A program made the position numbers and the translations under genes. Shown piece after piece: positions 28,229 to 35,752 of a stretch of DNA of 64,000 nt. Positions within the stretch are counted from its first letter, which is position 1. Every line of letters begins with the position of its first letter. A model generated the notes under the pieces. The model ran no database searches and had not been told where the DNA came from. It was given only the letters and a program-made list of their open reading frames with translations. Source of the DNA: Clostridia bacterium (lineage in GTDB: Bacteria; Bacillota; Clostridia; Oscillospirales; CAG-272); NCBI GenBank assembly GCA_017625065.1, contig JAGALS010000059.1, positions 24,696-88,695 of the forward strand, written 5' to 3'.

Positions 28229-28262
28229 TGTATAGAAGAAACAGATACCGATCAGGCAAGTA

Positions 28263-29096
28263 TCACGATATACGCTCGGGTGTTTTTCCGTTGAAGATCG
28301 CAGTTGCGTTTTTCACGAAATCCGCAAAGGTCAGATCTCTGCTGCGCGAAATCGTTTTGGGGGCGGTTAAGCCGATCTCATACATCCATACCCCTTGATA
28401 ATTGACTTGCTGAAGCGCGGAGAGCAGCGCCTGCCAATCAACTTGTCCCTCGCCGGGGAGCCAATGCTTTTCGTCAACGAAATCGTAATCGGACACGTGC
28501 ATTGTTACGATCTTGTCCGATAACTGATTTACGAAGTTGGTGTTGCTTTCGCTTAAAAGATGATTGGTGTCAAAGCAAACGCGGAGCTTATCGTTGGCGG
28601 AGATCAGCTGCTGTATCTCTTGTGCCGTGTTACCAAGGCAGGTTCTCGGCAGATCCTCAACGGCGATGACCGCGCCGTTGCGGTGAGCGATCTCTGCAAG
28701 CTGATCCAACGTTTGCATGGAATATTTGAGGCGATCGCTTCGATCATTCGGTGCAATGGGCTCTGCGCTAGGATGAACGACGAATTTATCAACGCCGACA
28801 TCGGCGGCTTTTTCGATCAGCGAGGTGTATAGCTTTATGGAATTTTCGCGGAGCTCCGGATTTAAGGAAGCAATGTCTATGATCCTGAACGGACAGAAGG
28901 GCAAGTGATAGGACCAGAGATCGATATGATAACGGTCGGATAATTTTTGTACTTCCTTATAGTCAGTTGAGTTGCATTGGTCCAGCGGCAGGGCGATTTC
29001 GATGGCAGCAATTTGGTTTTGCTCTAATTTTTCAAAATTTTCCGCCGTCAGTGCAAATCCGCAGCTGGAAAGACCGATCTTATACATTTTAAGCAT
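28263..29096 (-). CDS. Sugar phosphate isomerase/epimerase (xylose isomerase-like TIM barrel)
   Basis: 277 aa with the family-typical pattern (VHPS..., CFDTNH, HVSD). Confidence 0.8.
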   Translation of the reverse strand: MLKMYKIGLSSCGFALTAENFEKLEQNQIAAIEIALPLDQCNSTDYKEVQKLSDRYHIDLWSYHLPFCPFRIIDIASLNPELRENSIKLYTSLIEKAADVGVDKFVVHPSAEPIAPNDRSDRLKYSMQTLDQLAEIAHRNGAVIAVEDLPRTCLGNTAQEIQQLISANDKLRVCFDTNHLLSESNTNFVNQLSDKIVTMHVSDYDFVDEKHWLPGEGQVDWQALLSALQQVNYQGVWMYEIGLTAPKTISRSRDLTFADFVKNATAIFNGKTPERIS

Positions 29097-29365
29097 CTCC
29101 TTTGGGGTTACGTATTTCTACATAACTATAACAAAAGAATGGGCGTTTGTCAAGAGTGACGCCTTGAAAAATAAGGCAGAAGCCGAGAAAAAGCTGCGCC
29201 ATACCGTGGAGCTGTTCCGCAAAGCGTTGACAATGATGCAATAAAGGGTGTAATGATAACGAGTATACGAACCGCCGGTGGGCTGAAGGAATTCTTTCCG
29301 TAGAGGACAGAAGCAGTTTGATAGGGAACAAGCGGTAAGTGATTCAGCTAAAGGAGAGTGCTTTT

Positions 29366-29662
29366 TTGGGGAACCTATTCGCCGCGCTGCGGGCGAACTA
29401 CGAGGGCGACAAGGTGTTTACCAAGAAGGAGGTCGCCGCGGCGATCTTGACCGTTGATGCTTTGCAGAAGATGCCTGCGAAGGAGCGCAGCGAGCTTTCT
29501 ACGTATTTATGGAGAGGGTACAACGAGCGCCTGAACGAGCAGGGCTTTGGCTACCCAATCACGGCGCAGCCGTGTATAGCATCAATTCCGCAGGAATTGC
29601 ATATCATCAAGGCAACGCCTTGTATCTCATCAAGCCGCAGGTGGATGCACGCTGGCGCGTGA
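29366..29662 (+). CDS. Doubtful small ORF or gene remnant running into repeat copy B
   Basis: TTG at 29366 follows AAGGAGAG. The N-terminal ~65 codons look protein-like, but the C-terminal third is a translation of the hairpin array. Confidence 0.25.
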   Translation: MGNLFAALRANYEGDKVFTKKEVAAAILTVDALQKMPAKERSELSTYLWRGYNERLNEQGFGYPITAQPCIASIPQELHIIKATPCISSSRRWMHAGA

Positions 29663-29778
29663 TGATATACAGCCCGAAGGGCTGATGATATCCACGACTG
29701 CGTCGTGATGATATGCCAAGCCTGCGGCTTGGATGAACGAAAAAGGCTTTCGCAAAAGCGAAAGCCCTTTTTCGTTGG
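29555..29778 (+). repeat. Modular hairpin-array repeat, copy B (ends in a terminator hairpin)
   Basis: Same ends as copy A, with internal modules gained or lost relative to it. Confidence 0.85.
29739..29776. terminator. Bidirectional intrinsic terminator (3' end of repeat copy B, just downstream of the SGNH gene)
   Basis: GGCTTTCGC-aaaa-GCGAAAGCC with A-runs and T-runs. Confidence 0.8.
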
Positions 29779-29787
29779 CGAGCGTCT

Positions 29788-30489
29788 TTAACGAAGATCG
29801 AACCCCAATATGCTTTTTGCGGCGTCCAGCCACAATTTCGCAAGGAAGCCGTGCATTGCCTCGGTGGGATGAATTCCATCCCACAGCCAATATGCATAAG
29901 GGTCGATATCACATCCGTTTTCGGCAAGGGTATGCACATTTTCCTTTACGAGCGTTTCCAGCGGCTTTTGAACCGGTATAAAGGTCGCACCGTAGTCATC
30001 CGCGATCTTTTTTATCATCTGCTGCTTTGATCTAAACACAGACATAAAATCATCATAATGCTCCTTGCATTTGCCAACAGGAAGGAAAAACGGCTCGATA
30101 AGTATCAGCTTCAAGCTCGGGTTTTGCGCCATTGATAGGTCGAGAAGCTCTCTGTAAGTCTTATCAAAATGAGCCAAGTGTGCCGCAGCACCGTCAGGAT
30201 AATATCCGTCACGATTTCCCTCACCGTTAATTCCAAGCAAAACACTTAGCACATCGGGATGCTCGTTTAATACGTCGAGTTCCCAACGCAGCCGTGCTTT
30301 GTCTACTGAATCTCCGCTCACGCCTCGATTTATCAAGAAATAGCGACCCGGATAGCTCAATCCAAGATGTGAGGCAATATTAAAAACGTAGGAGTGGCCT
30401 ATCTGATGATTTAAATCCCAACGGGACTCTGCCTTTTTATAGCGATTACCATCGGTTATTGAATCTCCCTGAAAAAGAATACGAATCAT
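29788..30489 (-). CDS. SGNH/GDSL-family hydrolase
   Basis: MIRILFQGDSITDG block I. The start is at 30489 with RBS GAGGAGAG. Confidence 0.8.
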   Translation of the reverse strand: MIRILFQGDSITDGNRYKKAESRWDLNHQIGHSYVFNIASHLGLSYPGRYFLINRGVSGDSVDKARLRWELDVLNEHPDVLSVLLGINGEGNRDGYYPDGAAAHLAHFDKTYRELLDLSMAQNPSLKLILIEPFFLPVGKCKEHYDDFMSVFRSKQQMIKKIADDYGATFIPVQKPLETLVKENVHTLAENGCDIDPYAYWLWDGIHPTEAMHGFLAKLWLDAAKSILGFDLR

Positions 30490-30561
30490 TTTTCTCTCCT
30501 CTTTTTTGTGTGCAAATTCATTTTTTGATCCCAATTTCCCGCGAGTCCTTCACACCATAAA

Positions 30562-30603
30562 GAAAAAGTCAAAACCAAACCGCAAGGGCATGATTTTGAC
30601 TTT
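30562..30603 (-). terminator. Terminator downstream of tRNA-Val
   Basis: On the minus strand: GTCAAAA ... TTTTGAC followed by TTTTT. Confidence 0.6.
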
Positions 30604-30606
30604 TAT

Positions 30607-30683
30607 TGGTGGAGACAACTGGAATCGAACCAGTGACCCCTTGCATGTCAAGCAAGTACTCTAACCAGCTGAGCTATGCCTCC
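30607..30683 (-). tRNA. tRNA-Val (anticodon GAC), CCA encoded
   Basis: Hand-folded cloverleaf with acceptor GGAGGCA/TGTCTCC, anticodon stem CTTGC/GCAAG with loop TTGACAT, and T-loop GGTTCGATTCC. Confidence 0.92.
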
Positions 30684-30700
30684 ATATCGCAACGGATGAT

Positions 30701-30729
30701 ATTATAACACAAACCAAAACAAAAAGCAA
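30701..30729 (-). promoter_or_regulatory. Promoter for tRNA-Val
   Basis: On the minus strand: TTGCTT, 17 nt, TATAAT. Confidence 0.55.
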
Positions 30730-30861
30730 CCCCTTTTTCAAAATTTTTCAAAAAAATTGAAAAAACACAGAAAAGCAGAGCGTTCACAAAATATTCACAA
30801 AACTTTTTTGCGAAAAATCCCCCTTTTTTATATAAATTATGATAAAATTACATTAAAGTGG

Positions 30862-30902
30862 GGGAGAAGGTTTGATTCGCAAAATCAAACGCTTTTTCTC
30901 CC
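30862..30902 (+). promoter_or_regulatory. Leader hairpin upstream of the decarboxylase operon
   Basis: GGGAGAA...(GTTTGATT-cgcaa-AATCAAAC)...TTCTCCC nested stem, 28 nt before the start codon, with no clear U-tract. Confidence 0.4.
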
Positions 30903-30929
30903 TGTTAAACCGTATGAACGGAGGGTATT

Positions 30930-32246
30930 ATGAAAGAAAACAGCACAGCCGGCATCACGCGTCTCACGTCTTTTTTTGATGAGGGCACCTTTGTGGAGCT
31001 TGGGGCATACATCAGACGTCCCGGCAATGAAGAGACCCTTGAGGGTGTGGTGTGCGGATACGGTTCGATTGGCGGACGTCTTGTCTTTGCGTTCGCGCAG
31101 GACAGCACCTCAATGAAGGGCGCACTCGACGGCAGACATGCCGAAAAGATCGTCCGTACCTATGAAAAAGCACTTGCGGTCGGCGCGCCGATCGTTGGAT
31201 TTTTTGATTGCGCGGGCGCGGTCGTCTTCGACGGCGCGGCGGCGCTTGCGGGATACGGCACACTGTTGCGTACCGTTTCGGGCGCATCGGGCAAGATTCC
31301 GCAGATCGCCGTGATCAGCGGCACTTGCGCGGGCACGATGGCATCTGTCGCGGCACTGTTCGATCTGACCGTGACGGTCAAGGAAAAGAGCCGCTTGTAC
31401 GTATCCTCTCCCACATTGGTCGATGAGGAGATCGGTACCGCCGAGTATGCCTTTGCAAACGGCAATGCCGCGATCCTTGCAGACGGGGAGGGCGAAGCGC
31501 TGACGGCAGTGCGAAGGCTGCTTTCTTACCTGCCCGACAATGCCGAGCACGGCATTCCTGCGCTCGCTACTGCCGATGACCCCGGCCGCGCGCTTGCGAT
31601 CGGCTCTCGCTGCACCGCAAGGGAGGCGCTTGACGCCGCTGTGGATGCGGGCAGCTTTTATGAGGTGCTTGGCGGCTATGGCGATGCCGTGATCGCGGGG
31701 CTTGCCTCGATGGGCGGTGTTTCCGCCGTCGCGCTTGCCATGGACGGTGAGCTGACCCTTGCTTCTATTGTTAAAATGCGCCGCATGATCGCGTTTGCAG
31801 ATGCCTTTGGCCTGCCCGTCGTCACCCTTGTGAATGCAAGCGGTGTTGCGGTGTCTGCCACCGATGAGGGCGCGCTTGCCGCGGAGCTTGCCGCCCTTGC
31901 CAAGGTGCAAGCGCGTGCAAAAGCACCTCGCGTGACCGCTATCGTCGGTGACGCCGTGGGCGCGGGCTTCATTTTTGGTGGCTCCCGTGCGCTTGGTGCC
32001 GACCTTGTGTTGGCGTTGCCCGATGCCGAGATCGCCGCACTCAACGCAAGCGCCGCTGTGGCATTCCTTTGGAATGACCGCATCACCCCCGAGCTCACGC
32101 GCGAGGCGCTGGAAAAGGAATGGCGAAAGACCTGCGCTACTGCCGAGTCCGCCGCCGCCACGGGCGAGGTCGACGACATCGTTGCCCCTGCCGAGCTGCG
32201 CGCACGCCTGATCGCCGCGCTCTTTATGCTGGCGAACAAGAGGTGA
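30930..32246 (+). CDS. Acyl-CoA carboxyltransferase-domain protein (MmdA/GcdA/PccB-like, divergent and short)
   Basis: Two carboxyltransferase half-domains are recognisable (VCGYGSIGGRLVFAFAQD..., VTLVNASG...). At 438 aa it is shorter than canonical homologs of about 510 aa. Confidence 0.75.
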   Translation: MKENSTAGITRLTSFFDEGTFVELGAYIRRPGNEETLEGVVCGYGSIGGRLVFAFAQDSTSMKGALDGRHAEKIVRTYEKALAVGAPIVGFFDCAGAVVFDGAAALAGYGTLLRTVSGASGKIPQIAVISGTCAGTMASVAALFDLTVTVKEKSRLYVSSPTLVDEEIGTAEYAFANGNAAILADGEGEALTAVRRLLSYLPDNAEHGIPALATADDPGRALAIGSRCTAREALDAAVDAGSFYEVLGGYGDAVIAGLASMGGVSAVALAMDGELTLASIVKMRRMIAFADAFGLPVVTLVNASGVAVSATDEGALAAELAALAKVQARAKAPRVTAIVGDAVGAGFIFGGSRALGADLVLALPDAEIAALNASAAVAFLWNDRITPELTREALEKEWRKTCATAESAAATGEVDDIVAPAELRARLIAALFMLANKR

Positions 32247-32247
32247 T

Positions 32248-32610
32248 ATGATGATCAATACTGCACTTGCTATGAGCTTTGGCGAGCGTGCCGCATATGC
32301 GGGCAAGGTCTTTCTCATCGGCGTTTTGACCGTCTTTGCCGCGTTGGTCGTTTTGTTTCTCGTTTTAGTACTGTTCCGCAAATTTGTTGCTTACTTTAAC
32401 GGCGAGGATCTGGAGGTCGAGGCAAAGGAACCGGCACCCACGCCTATCGCGACTCCCGTGCCTGTGGCACAAGCCGCAAGCGACGATGCGCTGATCGCCG
32501 TGATCACCGCAGCCGTGGCGGCAGCACTTGCCGAGGAAAACGGTGGAGCCGTTCCGGGATTCCGCGTCGTTTCCTTCCAAAAGATCTCTACTGTATCAAA
32601 TAGAAAATAA
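32248..32610 (+). CDS. OadG-family small membrane subunit (Na+-decarboxylase gamma/delta-like)
   Basis: N-terminal TM helix and an Ala/Pro-rich tail, in the position between carboxyltransferase and biotin carrier. Confidence 0.65.
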   Translation: MMINTALAMSFGERAAYAGKVFLIGVLTVFAALVVLFLVLVLFRKFVAYFNGEDLEVEAKEPAPTPIATPVPVAQAASDDALIAVITAAVAAALAEENGGAVPGFRVVSFQKISTVSNRK

Positions 32611-32626
32611 GAAAGGGTAAAAGAAC

Positions 32627-33031
32627 ATGAAAAGCTATCGTATTACCGTAAACGGTGTTGCATATAACGTAACTGTTGAAGAAACCGGCGCAACGGCTCC
32701 CGCCGCAGCCCCCACCCCCGTAGCGGCTCCCGCTCCCGTAGCAGCGCCTGCTCCCGTTGCAGCGCCCGCCCCCGCGGTTGCTCCCGCGGCTGCTCCTGCT
32801 CCCGCAGGCCCCGCAGGCGCGACCACTGTGAATGCGCCTATGCCCGGTACCATCGTCCGCGTGAACGTGAAGCCGGGCGATGCCGTCAAGAAGGGTGATG
32901 TGCTTGCCGTGCTTGAGGCAATGAAGATGGAAAATGACATTTGCTCTCCCGCAGACGGAACGGTTGCCACCGTTGCCGTATCCCAGGGCGCTTCTGTTGC
33001 CACCGACGAGGTGCTGGTGACCCTGAACTAA
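32627..33031 (+). CDS. Biotin carboxyl carrier protein (biotinyl domain with Ala/Pro linker)
   Basis: EAMKMEN biotinylation motif and a long (AP)n linker. Confidence 0.88.
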   Translation: MKSYRITVNGVAYNVTVEETGATAPAAAPTPVAAPAPVAAPAPVAAPAPAVAPAAAPAPAGPAGATTVNAPMPGTIVRVNVKPGDAVKKGDVLAVLEAMKMENDICSPADGTVATVAVSQGASVATDEVLVTLN

Positions 33032-33044
33032 AAAGGGGAGTGCC

Positions 33045-34226
33045 ATGTTAGAAAGTATTCAAAATTTCCTGGACAGCACGGGCTTTTCCTTGCTTTTCGG
33101 GCAGGACGGTAGCTGGCGGACCGTTTTGATGTTCCTCATCTCCGCTGTGCTTGTCTATCTTGCGGTGGTGAAGAAGTATGAGCCGCTGCTGCTCTTGCCG
33201 ATCGCCATCGGTATGCTGCTCACGAATCTGCCCGGCGCGGAGCTTTTCCATCCCGAAATGTTCCTCACGGCAGGGGATATCAGCTACAGCGACGTTTTGC
33301 ATAACGGAGGCCTGATTGACTTCCTTTATATCGGCGTCAAGCTCGGTATTTATCCTTGTCTTATTTTCATCGGCATCGGCGCGATGACCGATTTCAGCCC
33401 CTTGATCGCCAATCCCAAGAGCCTGCTCATTGGTGCGGGCGCGCAGCTTGGCGTGTTCGTGGCGTTTGCCTTAGCGCTCATAACGGGCTTGTTCACGCCG
33501 CAGGAGGCGGCAGCCATCGGTATCATCGGTGGCGCGGATGGCCCCACGGCGGTGCTGACCGCCAAGACGCTGGCACCTCAGCTGCTTGGAGCCATCGCCA
33601 TTGCGGCGTATAGCTATATGGCGCTGATCCCCATGATCCAGCCCCCGTTTATGAAACTGCTCACGACCAAAAAGGAGCGCGCCATCCGCATGGATACGCT
33701 CCGTCAGGTCTCCAAGCTTGAAAAGGTCTGCTTCCCGATCCTTGTGACCGTGGTGGTTTGGCTGATCGTGCCTGCCGCCGTGCCCTTGATCGGCTGCTTG
33801 ATGTTCGGTAACCTGCTCAATGTCAGCGGTGTGACCGACCGCCTCTCCAAGACCGCGCAAAATGAGATGATCAATATCATCACGATCCTGCTCGGTGTGT
33901 CGGTGGGCGCTACCGCAACGGCAGAGAACTTCCTCAGCGTGCAGACGCTTGCCATCATCGGCTGCGGTCTTGCCGCCTTCTGCGTTTCTACTGTTGGCGG
34001 ACTGCTCACAGCAAAGATCATGTGCTACGCGACCAAGGGGAAGATCAACCCCCTCATCGGTTCTGCGGGTGTTTCCGCTGTGCCGATGGCGGCGCGCGTT
34101 TCCCAGAAGGTCGGACAAGAGACCGACCCCACAAACTTCCTTTTGATGCATGCAATGGGTCCCAACGTGGCGGGCGTCATTGGCTCCGCCGTAGCGGCAG
34201 GCGTGTTCCTGTCGTGGATGTGGTAA
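33045..34226 (+). CDS. Sodium ion-translocating decarboxylase beta subunit (OadB/MmdB/GcdB family)
   Basis: Polytopic membrane protein of 393 aa with family-typical sequence (GGADGPT, MGPNVAG). Confidence 0.9.
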   Translation: MLESIQNFLDSTGFSLLFGQDGSWRTVLMFLISAVLVYLAVVKKYEPLLLLPIAIGMLLTNLPGAELFHPEMFLTAGDISYSDVLHNGGLIDFLYIGVKLGIYPCLIFIGIGAMTDFSPLIANPKSLLIGAGAQLGVFVAFALALITGLFTPQEAAAIGIIGGADGPTAVLTAKTLAPQLLGAIAIAAYSYMALIPMIQPPFMKLLTTKKERAIRMDTLRQVSKLEKVCFPILVTVVVWLIVPAAVPLIGCLMFGNLLNVSGVTDRLSKTAQNEMINIITILLGVSVGATATAENFLSVQTLAIIGCGLAAFCVSTVGGLLTAKIMCYATKGKINPLIGSAGVSAVPMAARVSQKVGQETDPTNFLLMHAMGPNVAGVIGSAVAAGVFLSWMW

Positions 34227-34244
34227 TTTGAATGAGGTGAAACT

Positions 34245-35642
34245 ATGTCTAAAGTAAAGCTTACAGAAACCGTACTCCGCGATTCGCATCAGTCCCTGAT
34301 CGCGACGCGTATGACAACCGAGGAAATGCTGCCCATCCTTGAGAAGATGGATGCCATCGGCTACCACTCTCTTGAGGCGTGGGGCGGTGCGACCTTTGAT
34401 TCCTGCCTGCGCTTCTTGCACGAGGACCCTTGGGACCGTCTGCGCAAGATCCGCGACAAGGTGAAAAACACCAAGCTGCAAATGCTGTTCCGCGGTCAGA
34501 ACATTCTCGGATATCGCCATTATTCCGATGACGTCGTCGAATATTTCGTACAAAAGTCGATCTCGAACGGCATTGATATCATCCGTATTTTCGATGCACT
34601 CAACGACCCCCGCAACCTGCAAACTGCGGTCAATGCCACCAAGCGCGAGCAAGGACACGCGCAGGTCGCGTTCTCCTACACGACGGGCCCTTGCTACACC
34701 TTGGAGTATTATGCAAACTACGCCAAGCAGCTTGAGGAAATGGGAGCCGATTCGATCTGTATCAAGGATATGGCGGGCCTGCTCAAGCCCTTCGAGGCAT
34801 ATGAGCTTGTCAAGACTCTGAAATCTTCTACGAGCCTGCCCGTTCAGCTGCATACCCACGCCACCGCAGGTCTTGCTTCTATGACGTTGCTCAAGGCGAT
34901 CGAGGCGGGTGTCGATATCGTGGATACCGCGATCTCCCCCTTGTCGATGGGTACCTCTCAGCCCCCCACAGAGCCGCTGGTCGCAACCCTCGCGGGCACC
35001 GAGTGGGATACGGGCATTTCGCTGGAAGCGCTCGATGAGATCACCCGTTATTTCGATCCGTTGCGTGAGAAGTATCTTGCAAGCGGTCAGCTCAACCCCA
35101 AGGCGCTGAAGGTCGACGTCAATGCGCTTCTTTATCAGGTTCCCGGCGGTATGCTTTCCAACCTGATGAATCAGCTTGCCGAGGCAGGGAAGGCAGACCT
35201 TCTGCCCGAGGTGCTTGCCGAGGTGCCGCGCGTGCGCGCCGACGTGGGCTATCCCCCCTTGGTCACGCCTTCCTCGCAGATCGTGGGTACGCAGGCGGTG
35301 TTTAACGTGTTGATGGGCGAGCGCTATAAGACCTGTACCAAGGAATTCAAGGGTATCGTCCGTGGCGAATACGGCAAAACGCCGATGCCCATTGATCCCG
35401 AATTTACAAAGAAGATCATCGGCGATGAGGAGCCGATCACCTGCCGCCCCGCGGACCGTCTTGAGCCCGAGCTGGATGCGCTGCGCGAAAAGATCGCAGG
35501 GTATATCGAGCAGGACGAGGACGTGCTGTCCTACGCGCTGTTCGAGCAGGTCGCCGTCAAGTTTTTTGAGGCACGTAAGGCAAAAAAGTACGGCATTGAT
35601 GCCACCTCTGCCGACGCCGCCCTTGGCGTGCACAGTGTTTAA
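34245..35642 (+). CDS. Oxaloacetate decarboxylase alpha / pyruvate carboxylase B / transcarboxylase 5S-type carboxyltransferase (no biotinyl domain)
   Basis: HMGL-like TIM barrel start LRDSHQSL. At 465 aa it ends before any AMKM motif. Confidence 0.88.
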   Translation: MSKVKLTETVLRDSHQSLIATRMTTEEMLPILEKMDAIGYHSLEAWGGATFDSCLRFLHEDPWDRLRKIRDKVKNTKLQMLFRGQNILGYRHYSDDVVEYFVQKSISNGIDIIRIFDALNDPRNLQTAVNATKREQGHAQVAFSYTTGPCYTLEYYANYAKQLEEMGADSICIKDMAGLLKPFEAYELVKTLKSSTSLPVQLHTHATAGLASMTLLKAIEAGVDIVDTAISPLSMGTSQPPTEPLVATLAGTEWDTGISLEALDEITRYFDPLREKYLASGQLNPKALKVDVNALLYQVPGGMLSNLMNQLAEAGKADLLPEVLAEVPRVRADVGYPPLVTPSSQIVGTQAVFNVLMGERYKTCTKEFKGIVRGEYGKTPMPIDPEFTKKIIGDEEPITCRPADRLEPELDALREKIAGYIEQDEDVLSYALFEQVAVKFFEARKAKKYGIDATSADAALGVHSV

Positions 35643-35650
35643 TAATCAAA

Positions 35651-35684
35651 AAAAGCGGAGATGCCAAACGGCATCTCCGCTTTT
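35651..35684 (+). terminator. Intrinsic terminator (copy 1 of an identical 34-bp hairpin)
   Basis: AAAAGCGGAGATGCC-aaac-GGCATCTCCGCTTTT. Confidence 0.85.
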
Positions 35685-35752
35685 GATTTTTCTATTGATT
35701 TTATCACGAAATATGTTATAATACAATTAAACACTCTTTTAGGGAGGAAACT

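Noticed and set aside
27920-28259. Short ORFs (82, 70 aa) in the 28-kb repeat, plus 29607..29939 and 29630..29890 in the second copy
   Set aside because: Their repetitive 'peptides' (…DIIS…, …ISS…) are simply translations of the hairpin and linker units. They have no starts with RBS.
28020-29778. Possibility that the hairpin arrays are CRISPR arrays
   Set aside because: The constant unit is only about 10 nt, and the variable units are themselves short perfect palindromes of 11-20 nt. The linker orientation switches halfway through the array, and no cas genes are present. The layout is the inverse of repeat-spacer logic.
31110-32381. 423-aa minus-strand ORF
   Set aside because: It is antisense to the carboxyltransferase gene and has a low-complexity, Arg/Gly-rich composition.
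32690-32830. GC-rich tandem-like DNA repeats (GCTCCCGC.../GCAGCGCC...)
   Set aside because: They encode the Ala/Pro linker of the biotin carrier protein, a normal feature of these carriers and not a non-coding repeat.
33471-35633. 720-aa minus-strand ORF
   Set aside because: It is antisense to the decarboxylase beta-subunit and OadA-like genes, both of which have clear family motifs. It is a stop-poor antisense frame.
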